Shown here in pieces: positions 1-11,300 of a stretch of 64,000 bases of DNA (position 1 is the stretch's first letter; each line of letters begins with the position of its first letter). Origin of the DNA: Podarcis cretensis (lineage: Eukaryota); contig OX638162.1 of assembly GCA_951804945.1 (NCBI GenBank), forward strand, positions 42,408,001-42,472,000. The letters run 5' to 3'. The translations under genes were made by a program, and so were the position numbers. Under the pieces are notes generated by a model. It was not told the DNA's origin and made no database searches. It saw only the letters and a list, made by a program, of their open reading frames with translations.

Positions 1-360
1 AAAAATAAATAATAAATAAATAATACAAACACATACTGAAAGAATTAATCTCTCAATAGCAGAACAGTATTTTGGGGGGTAACCAAGCGATCGAGATTCA
101 GGCCTGAGGCTCCCAAATCCCTTGAGAAAAAGTGTGGAGAACAGTTGGGACAACTAGTAATGAAATGCAAGTGGCCCAGCCTGTAACCTATTTGCACGAA
201 GCTCAAAAAAAATGGGATAAAAGGGGAGAGAACGGGGGCAAAATGGGGGTTTGTTCCAGACATCTGGCAGCATCTTTTCTTCTCACCAGCTCCCTCCAAA
301 CCCTTATTTTAAACACCCAAACCTTCCCAAGGGAAAAGAAACCCACAAGGCTTGTTAACC

Positions 361-585
361 AGGGTGGTGCAGTGGTTAGAGCACCAGACTAGGACCTGGG
401 AGAGCAGGGTTCGAATCCTCACTCAGCCATGGAGCTCCCTGGGTGACTGCCTCTGAACCTAACCAACCTCACAGGGTTGTTGGGTGGATTAAATGAATGG
501 GAGGGGGCACGTGCGCTACCTAGAGCTCCTTGGATGAAAAGGCAGTGTATAAATGAACTTAATAATAATAATAATAATAATAACC
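361..585 (+). mobile_element. tRNA-derived MIR-like SINE with (AAT)n tail; related copies near 9030-9360, 11338-11570, 30770-31500, 50420-50560
   Basis: A-box GTGGTGCAGTGG, B-box GGTTCGAATCC, shared body cctacctcacagggttgttg, AAT tail. Confidence 0.7.
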
Positions 586-644
586 CGAGAGCCCACTAGG
601 GAAATGGAGGAAAAGAAGGATGCAGCGCCTGTTGTAGGCCTCAC

Positions 645-667
645 CTGGCCAACTTCTTCGTCGCCAT
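645..667 (-). CDS. ERI2: ERI2 (ERI1 exoribonuclease family member 2), first coding exon; gene continues off the left edge
   Basis: Minus strand reads accATG GCG ACG AAG AAG TTG GCC AG|GTGAGG = MATKKLA(R), with a strong Kozak context and canonical donor. Matches the ERI2 N-terminus as I recall it (MATKRLAR) and the ERI2-REXO5-DCUN1D3 gene order of mammals. Confidence 0.85.
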
Positions 668-1150
668 GGTTACGGCCTCCCATCCCCCCGACGCTCCACG
701 CTCCTCACTCCTCTCCGTTTCCGGCCTCCGTTTTGAACAGCCCGCGGATCCCGCCTCTTATCGATGCCGTCGACAAATCGGCTACTAGGGTCTGGTCCTT
801 CTGACTTCCGGGGAGCTCTCCGTTCTTCTCCGGAGTCCCCGCTCGCGACTTCTCCAACAGCCTATGCGGCGCTCCGAGAGAGCGGGTGGGCGGGTGAGCA
901 GCCTAGGCCGAAGGAAACGATTGCCGATCTGAAGCTTTTCCTCGATTGGGAGCTCCGCTCTGCACCCCGCGAAGGCGAACGGAGGAAGAAGGTGAGCATC
1001 TCTCCTGCTTAAACGACCGTCGTTCTTTGAAAGGCGTTTCTAAGTCCCCCCGGGGGGGGGGGGGGACGGGAAAAGCGGATATGCGGGGTTTGCCTTCAGA
1101 GGGCAGGAGGAGGAGGAGGAGGAATCCGGCCCCCCTCCACGGATAAACGC
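668..1150. promoter_or_regulatory. CpG-rich bidirectional promoter (ERI2/REXO5) including putative non-coding REXO5 exon 1
   Basis: High CpG density; ETS-type ACTTCCGG at 804-811; TTTGAA (CHR-type) at 732-737 and 1026-1031; ATTGG (CCAAT) at 945-949; plus-strand donors GTGAGC at 894 and 992. Confidence 0.7.
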
Positions 1151-1459
1151 ACATGGCTGCTGGTCTCCCAGCGGTCTACTCTGAGTAGTGCTAACATTGG
1201 CTCTATAACCTGCAGTCTTGAGTCTCCTCTCCATTATTGCACACGCTGTGGGTGTCCCTGCGCCTGCTCCATGCTATTTAGGCTGCCATGCACACCATAT
1301 GCTTAATCCTGGGAGCTGTAGTTTGTTATGGGTGCTTGGAATTGCAGACTACGGTTCCCAGGATTTGGGGAGGGGGAATGTGTTTCAATTGTATGGTGTG
1401 TATTACAGCCTTTTCACGACACAACATTTGTTTCCTCCCTTTATTATTATGATGCATGT

Positions 1460-1742
1460 CATACCCTCGCAACATTTCTCCGATGAAAATAGGGACCTCC
1501 CGTTCCATAATGATAATTTTAGTATTTATACCCCACACATCTTATTGGGTTGCTCCAGCCACTCCCTATACAGGATGGCTTTCAGATGGTTTGGGGGTTG
1601 GGTGACTCTATACCCTCCAACATTTCTCCAATGAAAATAGGGACACCCTAAGGAAAAGCGGGACATTCCAGGATCAAATCAGAAATCAGGACTTCTCTAA
1701 ATCAGGGGTGCCCCTGGAAAATAGAGACACTTGGAGGGTCTG
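1460..1742 (+). mobile_element. Non-autonomous TIR element with internal L2 3' fragment (copy A)
   Basis: Ends CATACCCTC...TTGGAGGGTCTG, flanked by GCATGT on both sides; homologous to 35063-35422. Confidence 0.65.
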
Positions 1743-2835
1743 GCATGTTGCTATGTGCTTGGCTCCACTAGAAGTATGCTTGTTCTATAATGGCTTCCCC
1801 TTCAGTTGTGGATTGGATCTAGAATAACATGACAATCCTAACCATGTCTACTCAGAAGTGTGTCCTGTTCAAGTCAGTGGGGTTTCCTCCCAGGTATGTG
1901 AGAGATTTTGTCCTGCTGAAATCATTGGTAGATTATTCATGATTTACTTTTAAGTGCCATTGTTAATTTGGGTGTTCTCAAAGGGGAGGGCCTGCAACAG
2001 CAGTGGGGGGTGCTTCTGTTTCTAGGGCACCCCATTTCATTGCCCCTTATTAAAGGCAATGGAGAAATTGAAGACACCAAACTCCCCACTGCTTTCAGTG
2101 TGGTATAGGTTGCAATCATTGGCACACCTCCTAGAGAGTAAGCCCAATTAAGTTCAGCAGCACTTCTGAGTGCACAAACGTAAAACATAGAACAAACATA
2201 TTCTGTCTTGTGACTATAAATAGCTTAGCTGGTTAGAACCATTGTGTAAATGCTCCCGGTTATTATTATTTATTAAATTTGAATGCAGCCCTCCATGCAT
2301 AGATCTCAAGGCAGCTCACAACACAAAAATACAAGATAAGAAAACACACACACAAAACAAGAGAACGAAAACAAAACAGTAGCCCCTACTCCCTCCCACA
2401 ACACAGTTGTACCATGCTGAAACCCATTTCAAACGTGGCAGAACATTGCCCTGGTTTCCTCCCAAAACACAAACAGAGGGTCATACTTGTAAATAAGAAA
2501 GATATCTTTATTCAGATGGCTAGAAGTACAGGCTCAGCAGCTGACACAGGGCTCAGGAGTTCAAGAGCAGGGCAAGAAGTTCAGAACTGGACAGAAGCAA
2601 CGAAGATGTCACAACAAGTTTTCCCACCAAGCCTTTAAAGCTGAGACGTGGTGTGTTCACTCAGGAGACTCTCTTGCCTTGTGGGGATGTTGAGATTGCG
2701 AGTGTGCTCTCTGGTGGGGTAGATGGGTCTGCTTCCATCTGTGAAGGCAGCTCCTGAGTCCAGATGACAAGCACCTTCCTGATCAGTTGCCACTTCCTGT
2801 CAGCCACAACCCCCTCGGCAGATCAAAACCCTATC

Positions 2836-2952
2836 CAGTGGTTGCCAAACTCAGCCCTCCAGATGTTTTGGGACTACAACTCCCATCATCCCTAGCTAAC
2901 AGAACCAGATGTAGTCCCAAAACATCTGGAGGGTCGAATTTGGCCACCACTG
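2836..2952. mobile_element. Hairpin MITE (hAT-like); many degenerate relatives across the window
   Basis: CAGTGGTTGCCAAA...TTTGGCCACCACTG with long internal inverted repeat ccctccagatgttttgggactaca / tgtagtcccaaaacatctggaggg. Confidence 0.7.
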
Positions 2953-3271
2953 CTATGCAACCTCCACTGAGGCTTTCTGCTCCACATGTGGGTCGGAGGG
3001 GAGAGCTCCCATCCCTGCTTCCTCTTCCAAAGCAACTGTAGTTGAGTGAAAAGAGGAGATTTGCCTGCCTCCAACCCAGGTTCCCACAATCCACCCCACC
3101 ACCCCATTTCCTCCTCTTCTGTCTGTGCCTGCCAAGGGATGCCAAATTGTGTTTTGGGGTTTGTTATGTTTTGTTCAACTTAAATCTGTTTCCAGCTATT
3201 TTATTTCCTGATTCGTCTTTTTGGCAGATACAACACACACACCCCAAGAAAAAAACGCCAACCCCATACTG

Positions 3272-3412
3272 ATGGACAAAATGGATACAGCAACCCATGT
3301 CATGAAAAAGAAATGGCCCTGTGAAGATAATGAAAAGACTGAGAAGGTTAAAAAGAGAAGGAAGGTTGATGAAAGTGATGTTTGCCAAAACCAGCAGAAA
3401 GCTAAAAGTGAT
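3272..3412 (+). CDS. REXO5: REXO5 coding exon 1 (exon begins at acceptor 3228)
   Basis: [15 protein letters not shown]...KVKKRRKV (NLS-like)...KSD|gtaagt; phase 0. The start could instead be the second ATG at 3281. Confidence 0.8.
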
Positions 3413-6400
3413 GTAAGTGTTCCTGCTATTGCAGGAGATCTGCTCTCAGTTCTGTGGATCTCAGCAATCTCAGCAAAAAGTAACAATAAGTTGTGTACTA
3501 GAGTAGACCCATTGGAAATAATGACCCTACGTTAGTCACACCTATTAATTTCAGTGGGTTAACTCTGAATAGGACTAGCACTGGATACAACCCAGTGCTT
3601 TTTTAACAGCTTTGACTGTTCCCTGGCTACAGCCATTTCTGGACCATAGTAGCCTGACCACAGTTTTCAGGGTGCTGGTCACCTCCATATTGGATTAATA
3701 CAATGCACTCTTTGCAGGGCTTCCCCTGAAGTTGTCCCGGAAACTGCAGCTAGTACAAAATGCAGCAGCCTGAATGCTCACTGGAGCAAAATCCAGGAGA
3801 GCCAGACTTGATCAGAAGTGGTCATCATCTAAAGACAGATCACCTCCAGGCCATGTTTGTGTGAAGCCAGTGTGCTCCTCCCTGAATTCTGCAAAAGTAA
3901 ACTCAAGCTTCTGGCCCTCATGAAATCAAGACAAGATTAAAAGCACTTTGTGGGTCAAGTTTTAAAATATTGTAAACCGAAAGGTAGGAAAGCAGGCAGC
4001 CAAGTTCCTCCACCATTTCTAACCCTGCAAGGTCGTTTTTTGAGAGGATGACTCATGTGTTTTTTCACAGTCAGGGTTGTTAACTTCCCAGCGGAGGATT
4101 TTTGCAAATGGCACATCCAACTGCAGTCGCTTGGCATTTGCTGTGTTTATGTAAATAGCTTCCAAGTGATGTCAAGTTATGCATAATCAAAATACTGTAT
4201 GCTCACTCTGTCTTCCCTGCTCGCTCATTTATTTTCTCTGTGCCCTTTTTGTAAGAGACGAGTCGTCCCCTTCTGGAATTCATTCAGTGGCAGCTCAGAC
4301 ACTTCAACGCTTTCTGTCTTTGTAAACAATCCTGATTCGGTTCTCTCTTTCTTTTCAGGAGAAGCAGCCCCGCTTGTCTGCCAAAGTGTTTGGAGAAGAC
4401 TCTGAAATCAGCTATGACCAACTGTACAGATTCCTCAAGTATTCTGCTTTGGGGAAGCGCCACGATGCAACTCATCCCAGGTAGTCACTTGTCCCCTTCC
4501 AGGTGTTGATGCTCCCATGCTCTCATTGAGGTTGAGAGCTGGAGCTGGAGTCCAGCAACATCCTGGAGGACTGAAGGCTGCCTATCCCTGCTATATGTTC
4601 AGTCTAGGAGTCCATCCTACATGCTCCAACAGGAATAGATCTCACTATAGACCATCACCTAATGCCATTCTCATCTGCTCTGATGAGCTGTGAGCCATGC
4701 ACCTTTGACGCTTCCATTAGCCTGTGTCAAGTTTCTGGCACTGACATAGATCACATCAGCACCATGCATTTAAAACACATGGCTTCCTCCAAAGAATCAT
4801 GGGAACTGTAGTTTGCTCCCCGCAGAACTGCAATTGCCAGCATACACAGTTGCCAGGGATCTTTGGGGGAAGTAATGTATTTTCATTGCGTATTGTAGAT
4901 GTGAATTTAGTTCAGGGAAGGCTTCAGTTCAGATCCACTCCTGGCTACATCAGAACCCCAGGATGGCCCAGCAGGATCAGGCCCATCTAGTCCAGTAGGA
5001 ATATTGATTTCCCTTGTTTAGTTGAACAGATGGATTGATTTGCTTGATTTATTATAGTTTCGTTCAAGAATCCCAAAGAGGATTACAAACAATAAATAAT
5101 AAGAACATGGTTGAACATAATAAATGCAGTATAAATCATATGGGATAATTAATGGCCTTGTGGAGAAAGTAGCAAAATTTCTGAGAGATGCCACATCACT
5201 ATAAGACTCATAGAATCATAGAGCTGGAAGAGACCACAAGGGCCATCGAGTCCAACCCCCTGCCAAGCAGGAAACACCATCAGAGCACTCCTGACATATG
5301 GTTGTCAAGCCTCTGCTTAAAGACCTCCAAAGAAGGAGAATCCACCACACTCCTTGGCAGCAAATTCCACTGTCAAACAGCTCTTACTGTCAGGAAGTTC
5401 TTCCTAATGTTTAGGTGGAATCTTCTTTCTTGTAGTTTGGATCCATTGCTCCGTGTCCACTTCTCTGGAGCAGCAGAAAACAACCTTTCTCCCTCCTCTA
5501 TGTGACATCCTTTTATATATTTGAACATGGCTATCATATCACCCCTTAACCTCCTCTTCTCCAGGCTAAACATGCCCAGCTCCCTTAGCCGTTCCTCATA
5601 AGGCATTGTTTCCAGGCCTTTGACCATTTTGGTTGCCCTCCTCTGGATACGTTCCAGTTTGTCAGTGTCCTTCTTGAACTATGGTGCCCAGAACTGGACA
5701 CAGTACTCCAGGTGAGGTCTGACCAGAGCAGAATACAGTGGCACTATTACTTCCCTTGATCTAGATGCTATGCTCCTATTGATGCAGCCCAGAATTGCAT
5801 TGGCTTTTTTAGCTGCCACGTCACACTGTTGGCTCATGTCAAGTTTGTGGTCAACCAAGACTCCTAGATCCTTTTCACATGTACTGCTCTCAAGCCAGGT
5901 GTCACCCATCTTGTATTTGTGCCTCTCATTTTTTTTGCCCAAGTGCAATACTTTACATTTCTCCCTGTTAAAATTCATCTTGTTTGTTTTGGCCCAGTTC
6001 TCTAATCTGTCAAGGTCGTTTTGAAGTGTGATCCTGTCCTCTGGGGTGTTAGCCACCCCTCCCAGTTTGGTGTCATCTGCAAATTTGATCAGGATGCCCT
6101 TGAGTCCAGCATCCAAGTCGTTGATAAAGATGTTGAATAAGACCGGGCCCAAGACACAAGAGGCACTTTTTAACCTTAGTTTTATCTTAAAGCATCTCCT
6201 TCTATGAACAGATGCCAATTTTACGCTTTGGCTAAAATACTTCTGCATCCTGTGGATGCCAGTAAGTGAGATTGATGGAGAACATCACAAATGCAGCGTG
6301 AATCATCTAGAGCAAGTAACAAATCATAAGTGAAACAATTGCAGTCTATAAAACACTGTTAACAAAGCAGCAACTAAAAAATAAGCTGGACGCCACAATT

Positions 6401-8316
6401 AAAGCAAAAGTCGTGTAATGCGATCAACAAATCAGTACAGCATTTATAAACTAGGAAGCAGCAGACAAACACCATGTCCCGGACTGCTTTTCCAAATTCC
6501 TTGCCTTTCAAAAGCAGCTTTGCTATGCGCTGTTGGGAGGCTATATTGTGAGGGATGTGGTCAGGAGTCCTGGGGGCCTGGTAGAGTTACCTGGGGGCCG
6601 CATCCAGCACCTGAGATTCCCCAGCACTGCTGCAGGCCTTCGCTGCTCTGAATGAACATTCTCCTTCCTCCTTAACCATGCTCAAGAGGGACAAAGCATG
6701 CAGAAAGTTCCTGGTTCAGTTTTTGGCATTGCCTTAAAAAAAAAAAGGCTCACACAGCAGGTGATAGGAAGATCTCTTTGACTGAGAACTGGAGAACATG
6801 TGCCAATCAAAGTAAAGGGCGTTGGACTAAAGAGGCATAAAGAGCATTTACATTCCGGCGCCCGGACACTGAGGTCCAGCGCCGAGGGCCTTCTGGCGGT
6901 TCCCTCGCTGCGAGAAGCCAAGTTACAGGGAACCAGGCAGAGGGCCTTCTCGGTAGTGGCACCCACCCTGTGGAACGCCCTCCCACCAGATGTCAAAGAG
7001 AAAAATAACTACCAAACTTTTAGAAGACATCTGAAGGTAGCCCTGTTTAGGGAAGCTTTTAATGTTTAATAGGTTATTGTATTTTAGTGTTTTGTTGGAA
7101 GCCGCCCAGAGTGGCTGGGGAAACCCAGCCAGATGGGCGGGGTATAAATAATAAATTGTTGTTGTTGTTGTTATCTTTCTGTGTCCCAGCGCTGCATCAA
7201 CAACATTGACCAGCACTGGAAACCAGGTCCTTGTCCCTAAAATACCCATGACCAAGGAATCTGCCTTATACTGAAACAGAACGCAAGAAGGGCCAGCGGG
7301 GTCAGGCCAATGGCCCATCTAGTCCAGTCTCCTGTTGTCACATTGGCCAACCAGATGCCTATGGGAAGCCCACTAGCAGACCACGATCACAGGACGACTG
7401 GTCTAGCAAGCTCAGTATTGTCTACACTGACTCTCCAGGGTTTCAGACAGGACCTAGAGATGCCTGGGGATTTGAACCCGGGACCTTCTGCATGCAAAGC
7501 AGAAGCTCTGCCGCTGAGCTACAGACCTTGCCCCCCCCCATTACTGTGCTTTGTCGCCCCCCACCTAGAGAAAGGCAGGAGGCTCACCGGAGTGGTAATG
7601 TCTTTCCCTCTCCCCCTGCTTTGTGGTGCAGCTGGTGCCGTGTTCATCACCGGAGGCGTCTGGCTGGCGTAGTGGTGGTGGTCCTGTGGGACGTCGGTCA
7701 GCTCCACTTCGACCGCTTCTACCTGCAGTTCAAGCATCTCCGAAAGATATTCAGACATGTAAGTTCACCAGCCGTAATCCCTGAGGCATCTGGGCAAGCT
7801 CCTATAATCGGGACAGAGCTCCTATAATCAGTTCCAGAGGGCAGCAAACTAGGGATGGCAAACCTCAGTTCTCTGGGCCAAATGTGCCTCCCCCCCCCCC
7901 CCGCCCTTGATCTTTCTGTTTGGCTCCTGGACATGTCCCTTATCAGCTTTGCTTTGTATTGTTTTTGCCTGGCTGGAATGAATCCTTTCATCTCCATCCG
8001 TCCATATTGCACACCCAGATAGAGGATAGAGAGGGGGAGGTGCATATGTTTCAGTTTGTGTAAAATTCACATCCATTGCACCACCCACTTTTCCCTCTGG
8101 CTCTGCCCCCTCAACCCCCCAGAAGTCAGTTGAGAAGGGAGAGTTACCTTCAGGCCAGAGAAACTTCCCCACCTCTGCTGCGAACCCTTTTCCAGGCTGG
8201 CAGGTTTCGTTGCCTGATTTGCAGGAATGAAATAAAGCGACAAAATGGATGTGCTATTCTCCCTTGCTCTCCCCACTCTCCAGCCACAATCTGTGGCCGC
8301 TCAAGAAGGCACCAGA

Positions 8317-8353
<37 letters not shown>

Positions 8354-11300
8354 TTAACTTGTGCCCCGCCCATCTGACTGGGTTACCCCAGCCACTCTTG
8401 GTGGCTTCCAACGTATATAAAAACATAATTAAACATTAAAAGTCTTCCCTATGCACTCTCCTCAAGAACTTCGTCTCCCAAGTCTTGGCACACAGGGCTC
8501 CAAAACCTAGCTGCGAATATGCGTTCGCGTGATGTGCTTTTCTTAACACAAATGGTACGTTCTGTCTTTTGAAAGAGACAACTGTTTTCCACGCAAAATA
8601 GAGTCTGCTTTAATGTGCTCAGTTTCTTTTCTTTTCTTTTTCTTTTTGGTTTTCCTTACAAGTCTCCTCTGAACAGGATGCTTTGAATGAGTAAACTTTG
8701 CCCAAGTTTGTTGGGGTTTTTTTAAGCGGTGGGTGGATGGGGGGGGGAGCTTTCCAGTGGCAAGGAAACACATGTCTTTAATTGAGAGCAAATTCAAGAC
8801 TTTCCAGGAATATGCAGCCGCCAGTCCTTGCCAGCGAGACAACGACTGAGCTTTCTCTGGCTCCTGCCTGGAAGTCGAGGTCATTAATACGATAACGACA
8901 CAAAAGAGGCCCGTTTTAGTCACTCCCATTTCCCTGAAAATGTTATTTGTCCCCCTGTGCAGTCCTCCCCACCGTTAAAGCAACAATTTCGGACTCAAGA
9001 GTGAGGCAGTTTAAAAATGGCTGTATGCTAGTGTGTTTGGACTATACTAGACTATGACCTGGGAGATGAGTATTCAGAAAGACGGTGGTTCTATCACCAC
9101 TGTTGGAGGGAGTATATTTTTGAATACCACTGACTGGTAATCAGTCACAAGCAAGGGCTGTCGCTCTTGGGTCCTGCTTTCAGGATTCCCATGGGCATCT
9201 AGTTGGCAACTGTGAGGGCAGGATGCTAAGCTAGCTGGACCAGAGCTTGGCCAGAGCTCTTCTTACGAGACCAGGTTTCAAATCCTTACTTAGCCAGAGA
9301 GCTCACCGGGTCAGCCTAACCTACCTCACATGGTTTCTGTGAGGAATAAAAAAGGGAGGGGAGGCAAACCCTGAAGGGGGAAGTAGAATGGAGTATCCTA
9401 GAATTGGGCCCGGCTGGTCGTCTGGAGCGCTGAAAAAAGCAGCCCTCGGCACTGCAACATTTTGTTGCAGACCCCGCTTGTTTTCTGCCTATTAATAGGG
9501 GTCTGTTTATGCAGTGCATCTGTTGCATGTGCGTTTGGAAAGTGTTTGGGCGCTTCAGCTAGCGCGGAGGTGAAACTTAAAAAGACAAAAGACCAGTATC
9601 AGTCAGTGGACCTCTGTCACGGGGAGAAGGGGAATCACTTGAATCATTTGCTCGATGTTTTGATGAATTAAAAATCCTTCCAAATGACACGTACGTTCAA
9701 CATAAGAAGAGCCCTGTTCAGTTAGGCTAAAACTCTCAAGGGCTGTCGCATGGAAGAGGGAGCAAGCTTGATTTCTCCTGCTCCGGAGGGAGGGACCCGA
9801 ACTGATGGCTTCAAGTCAGTGGCGTAGCGTGGGTTATCAGCACCCGGGCAAGGCAAGTAATTTGCGCCCCCTAACCCATGGATTTGCGCCCCCTAACCCG
9901 TGGATTTGCGCCCCCTAATCCGTGGATTTCCCTAACCCCCAGATGTTGCGCCCGGTGCGGCCGGCCCCCCCTGCACCCCCCACGCTACGCCACTGCTTCA
10001 AGTTATCAGAAAGGAAATTCGGACTAAATATCAGGAAGAACTTCTGGACAGTAAGAACTGTTGGACAGTGGAACAGACTCCCTGGGAAGGTTGTGGACTC
10101 TCCTTCCTTGGGGGTTTTTAAGCAGAGGTTGGATGGCCATCTGTGATGGATGCTTGAGTTGAGGTTGCTGCATTGCAGGGGGTTAGACTAGATGACCCTT
10201 CCAACTCTACAATTCTGTGATTCTAGTCTAGCATGCTGTTCTCGCAGCAGCCAACCAGACGTCCATCAGAAGCCTGCAATCAGGACCTGGGTACTACTGC
10301 ATGTTTGATCAAAAGGGAAATCCTGTAATTTTTCAGCTTTGGACTTTCCTGGTTAGGCGTCCACTTATTTCTATCTAGGCTCTGTTATTTCCAGAACTAT
10401 CAACCTCGGAAGTTTTGGACTTGGGCCATTGTCTTGAAATCTGAGTGGAGGGTAAATCTACCACACCGCTTTCCTTAGTCTGTGGAACCCCCTAAGACAT
10501 GGGTAGGCAAACTAAGGCTTGCGGGCCAGATCAGGCCCAATTGCCTTCTGGATCTGGCCCGCGGATGGTCCAGGAATCACCGCGTGGATCACCAGCACAT
10601 GGGTTCTTTCCTTCTCCCTCACACGGCGGCGCCGGCGCCTCCTCCCTCCCTCTTTCTGGCTTCTCCCTGCCCTGCCTAGAGGAGGAAGGGGACTGGGCTT
10701 TGTTGGTGCCAGCAGCAACTCTTGAGTGGCCGCCATTTTAAGCAGCTCCTCTCCGGAGCCCTTTCACACGCTGCTCATTGTCCTGCCGCCAGCCCCTGCT
10801 GCTTGCAAGACACAGGTAAGTAGCCACCGGGGCTCGTGGTCCTCTTGCATCATTTCCCACCAAAATGTAGTCTGGCCCCCCCACAAGGTCTGAGGGACAG
10901 CGGACCGGCCCACTGCTGAAAAGTTTGTGACCCCTGCCCTAAGACCTCAAGCAGAAAAGAAAAATGTTTGTTTTTGTGGGATTGGCACATGGCTTCCATA
11001 GCAGCCCCTTAATTACTTGGCCTGACCTTTTGTTCAGTTGTGTATTTTGGCACCTTCTCTGTCCGAAGATTCGAGAACTTACGTAGCTGCTATTCATTCA
11101 TGTTAAATTTATTTGTATGCAGGGTTTCTGGACCCGATCCAACACTAGGAGTCAGTGAAATGTATTTTTAATTACTGGGGTACCAAAAGAACAAAACAAA
11201 ACCCCACCCAAGTTTTTCTTTTTCTTTTTGGTTTTGTTTAAGCTTCCCGGCTTTTCCAGCTGCCATACGTGTCTGCTTCGTTTGTTTTTAAAGTTATCTG

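Noticed and set aside
2408-2820. Solo LTR (TG...CA, minus-strand AATAAA)
   Set aside because: I found no matching TSD and no second copy in the window, so it cannot be supported.
5679-6248. 189-aa ORF as a host reverse-transcriptase gene
   Set aside because: It is a 5'-truncated CR1 ORF2 with a premature stop, and its N-terminus is flanking DNA.
9859-9940. CRISPR-like array or true telomere remnant
   Set aside because: The units are contiguous with no spacers, in a vertebrate, and sit inside a MITE with TIRs and a TSD.
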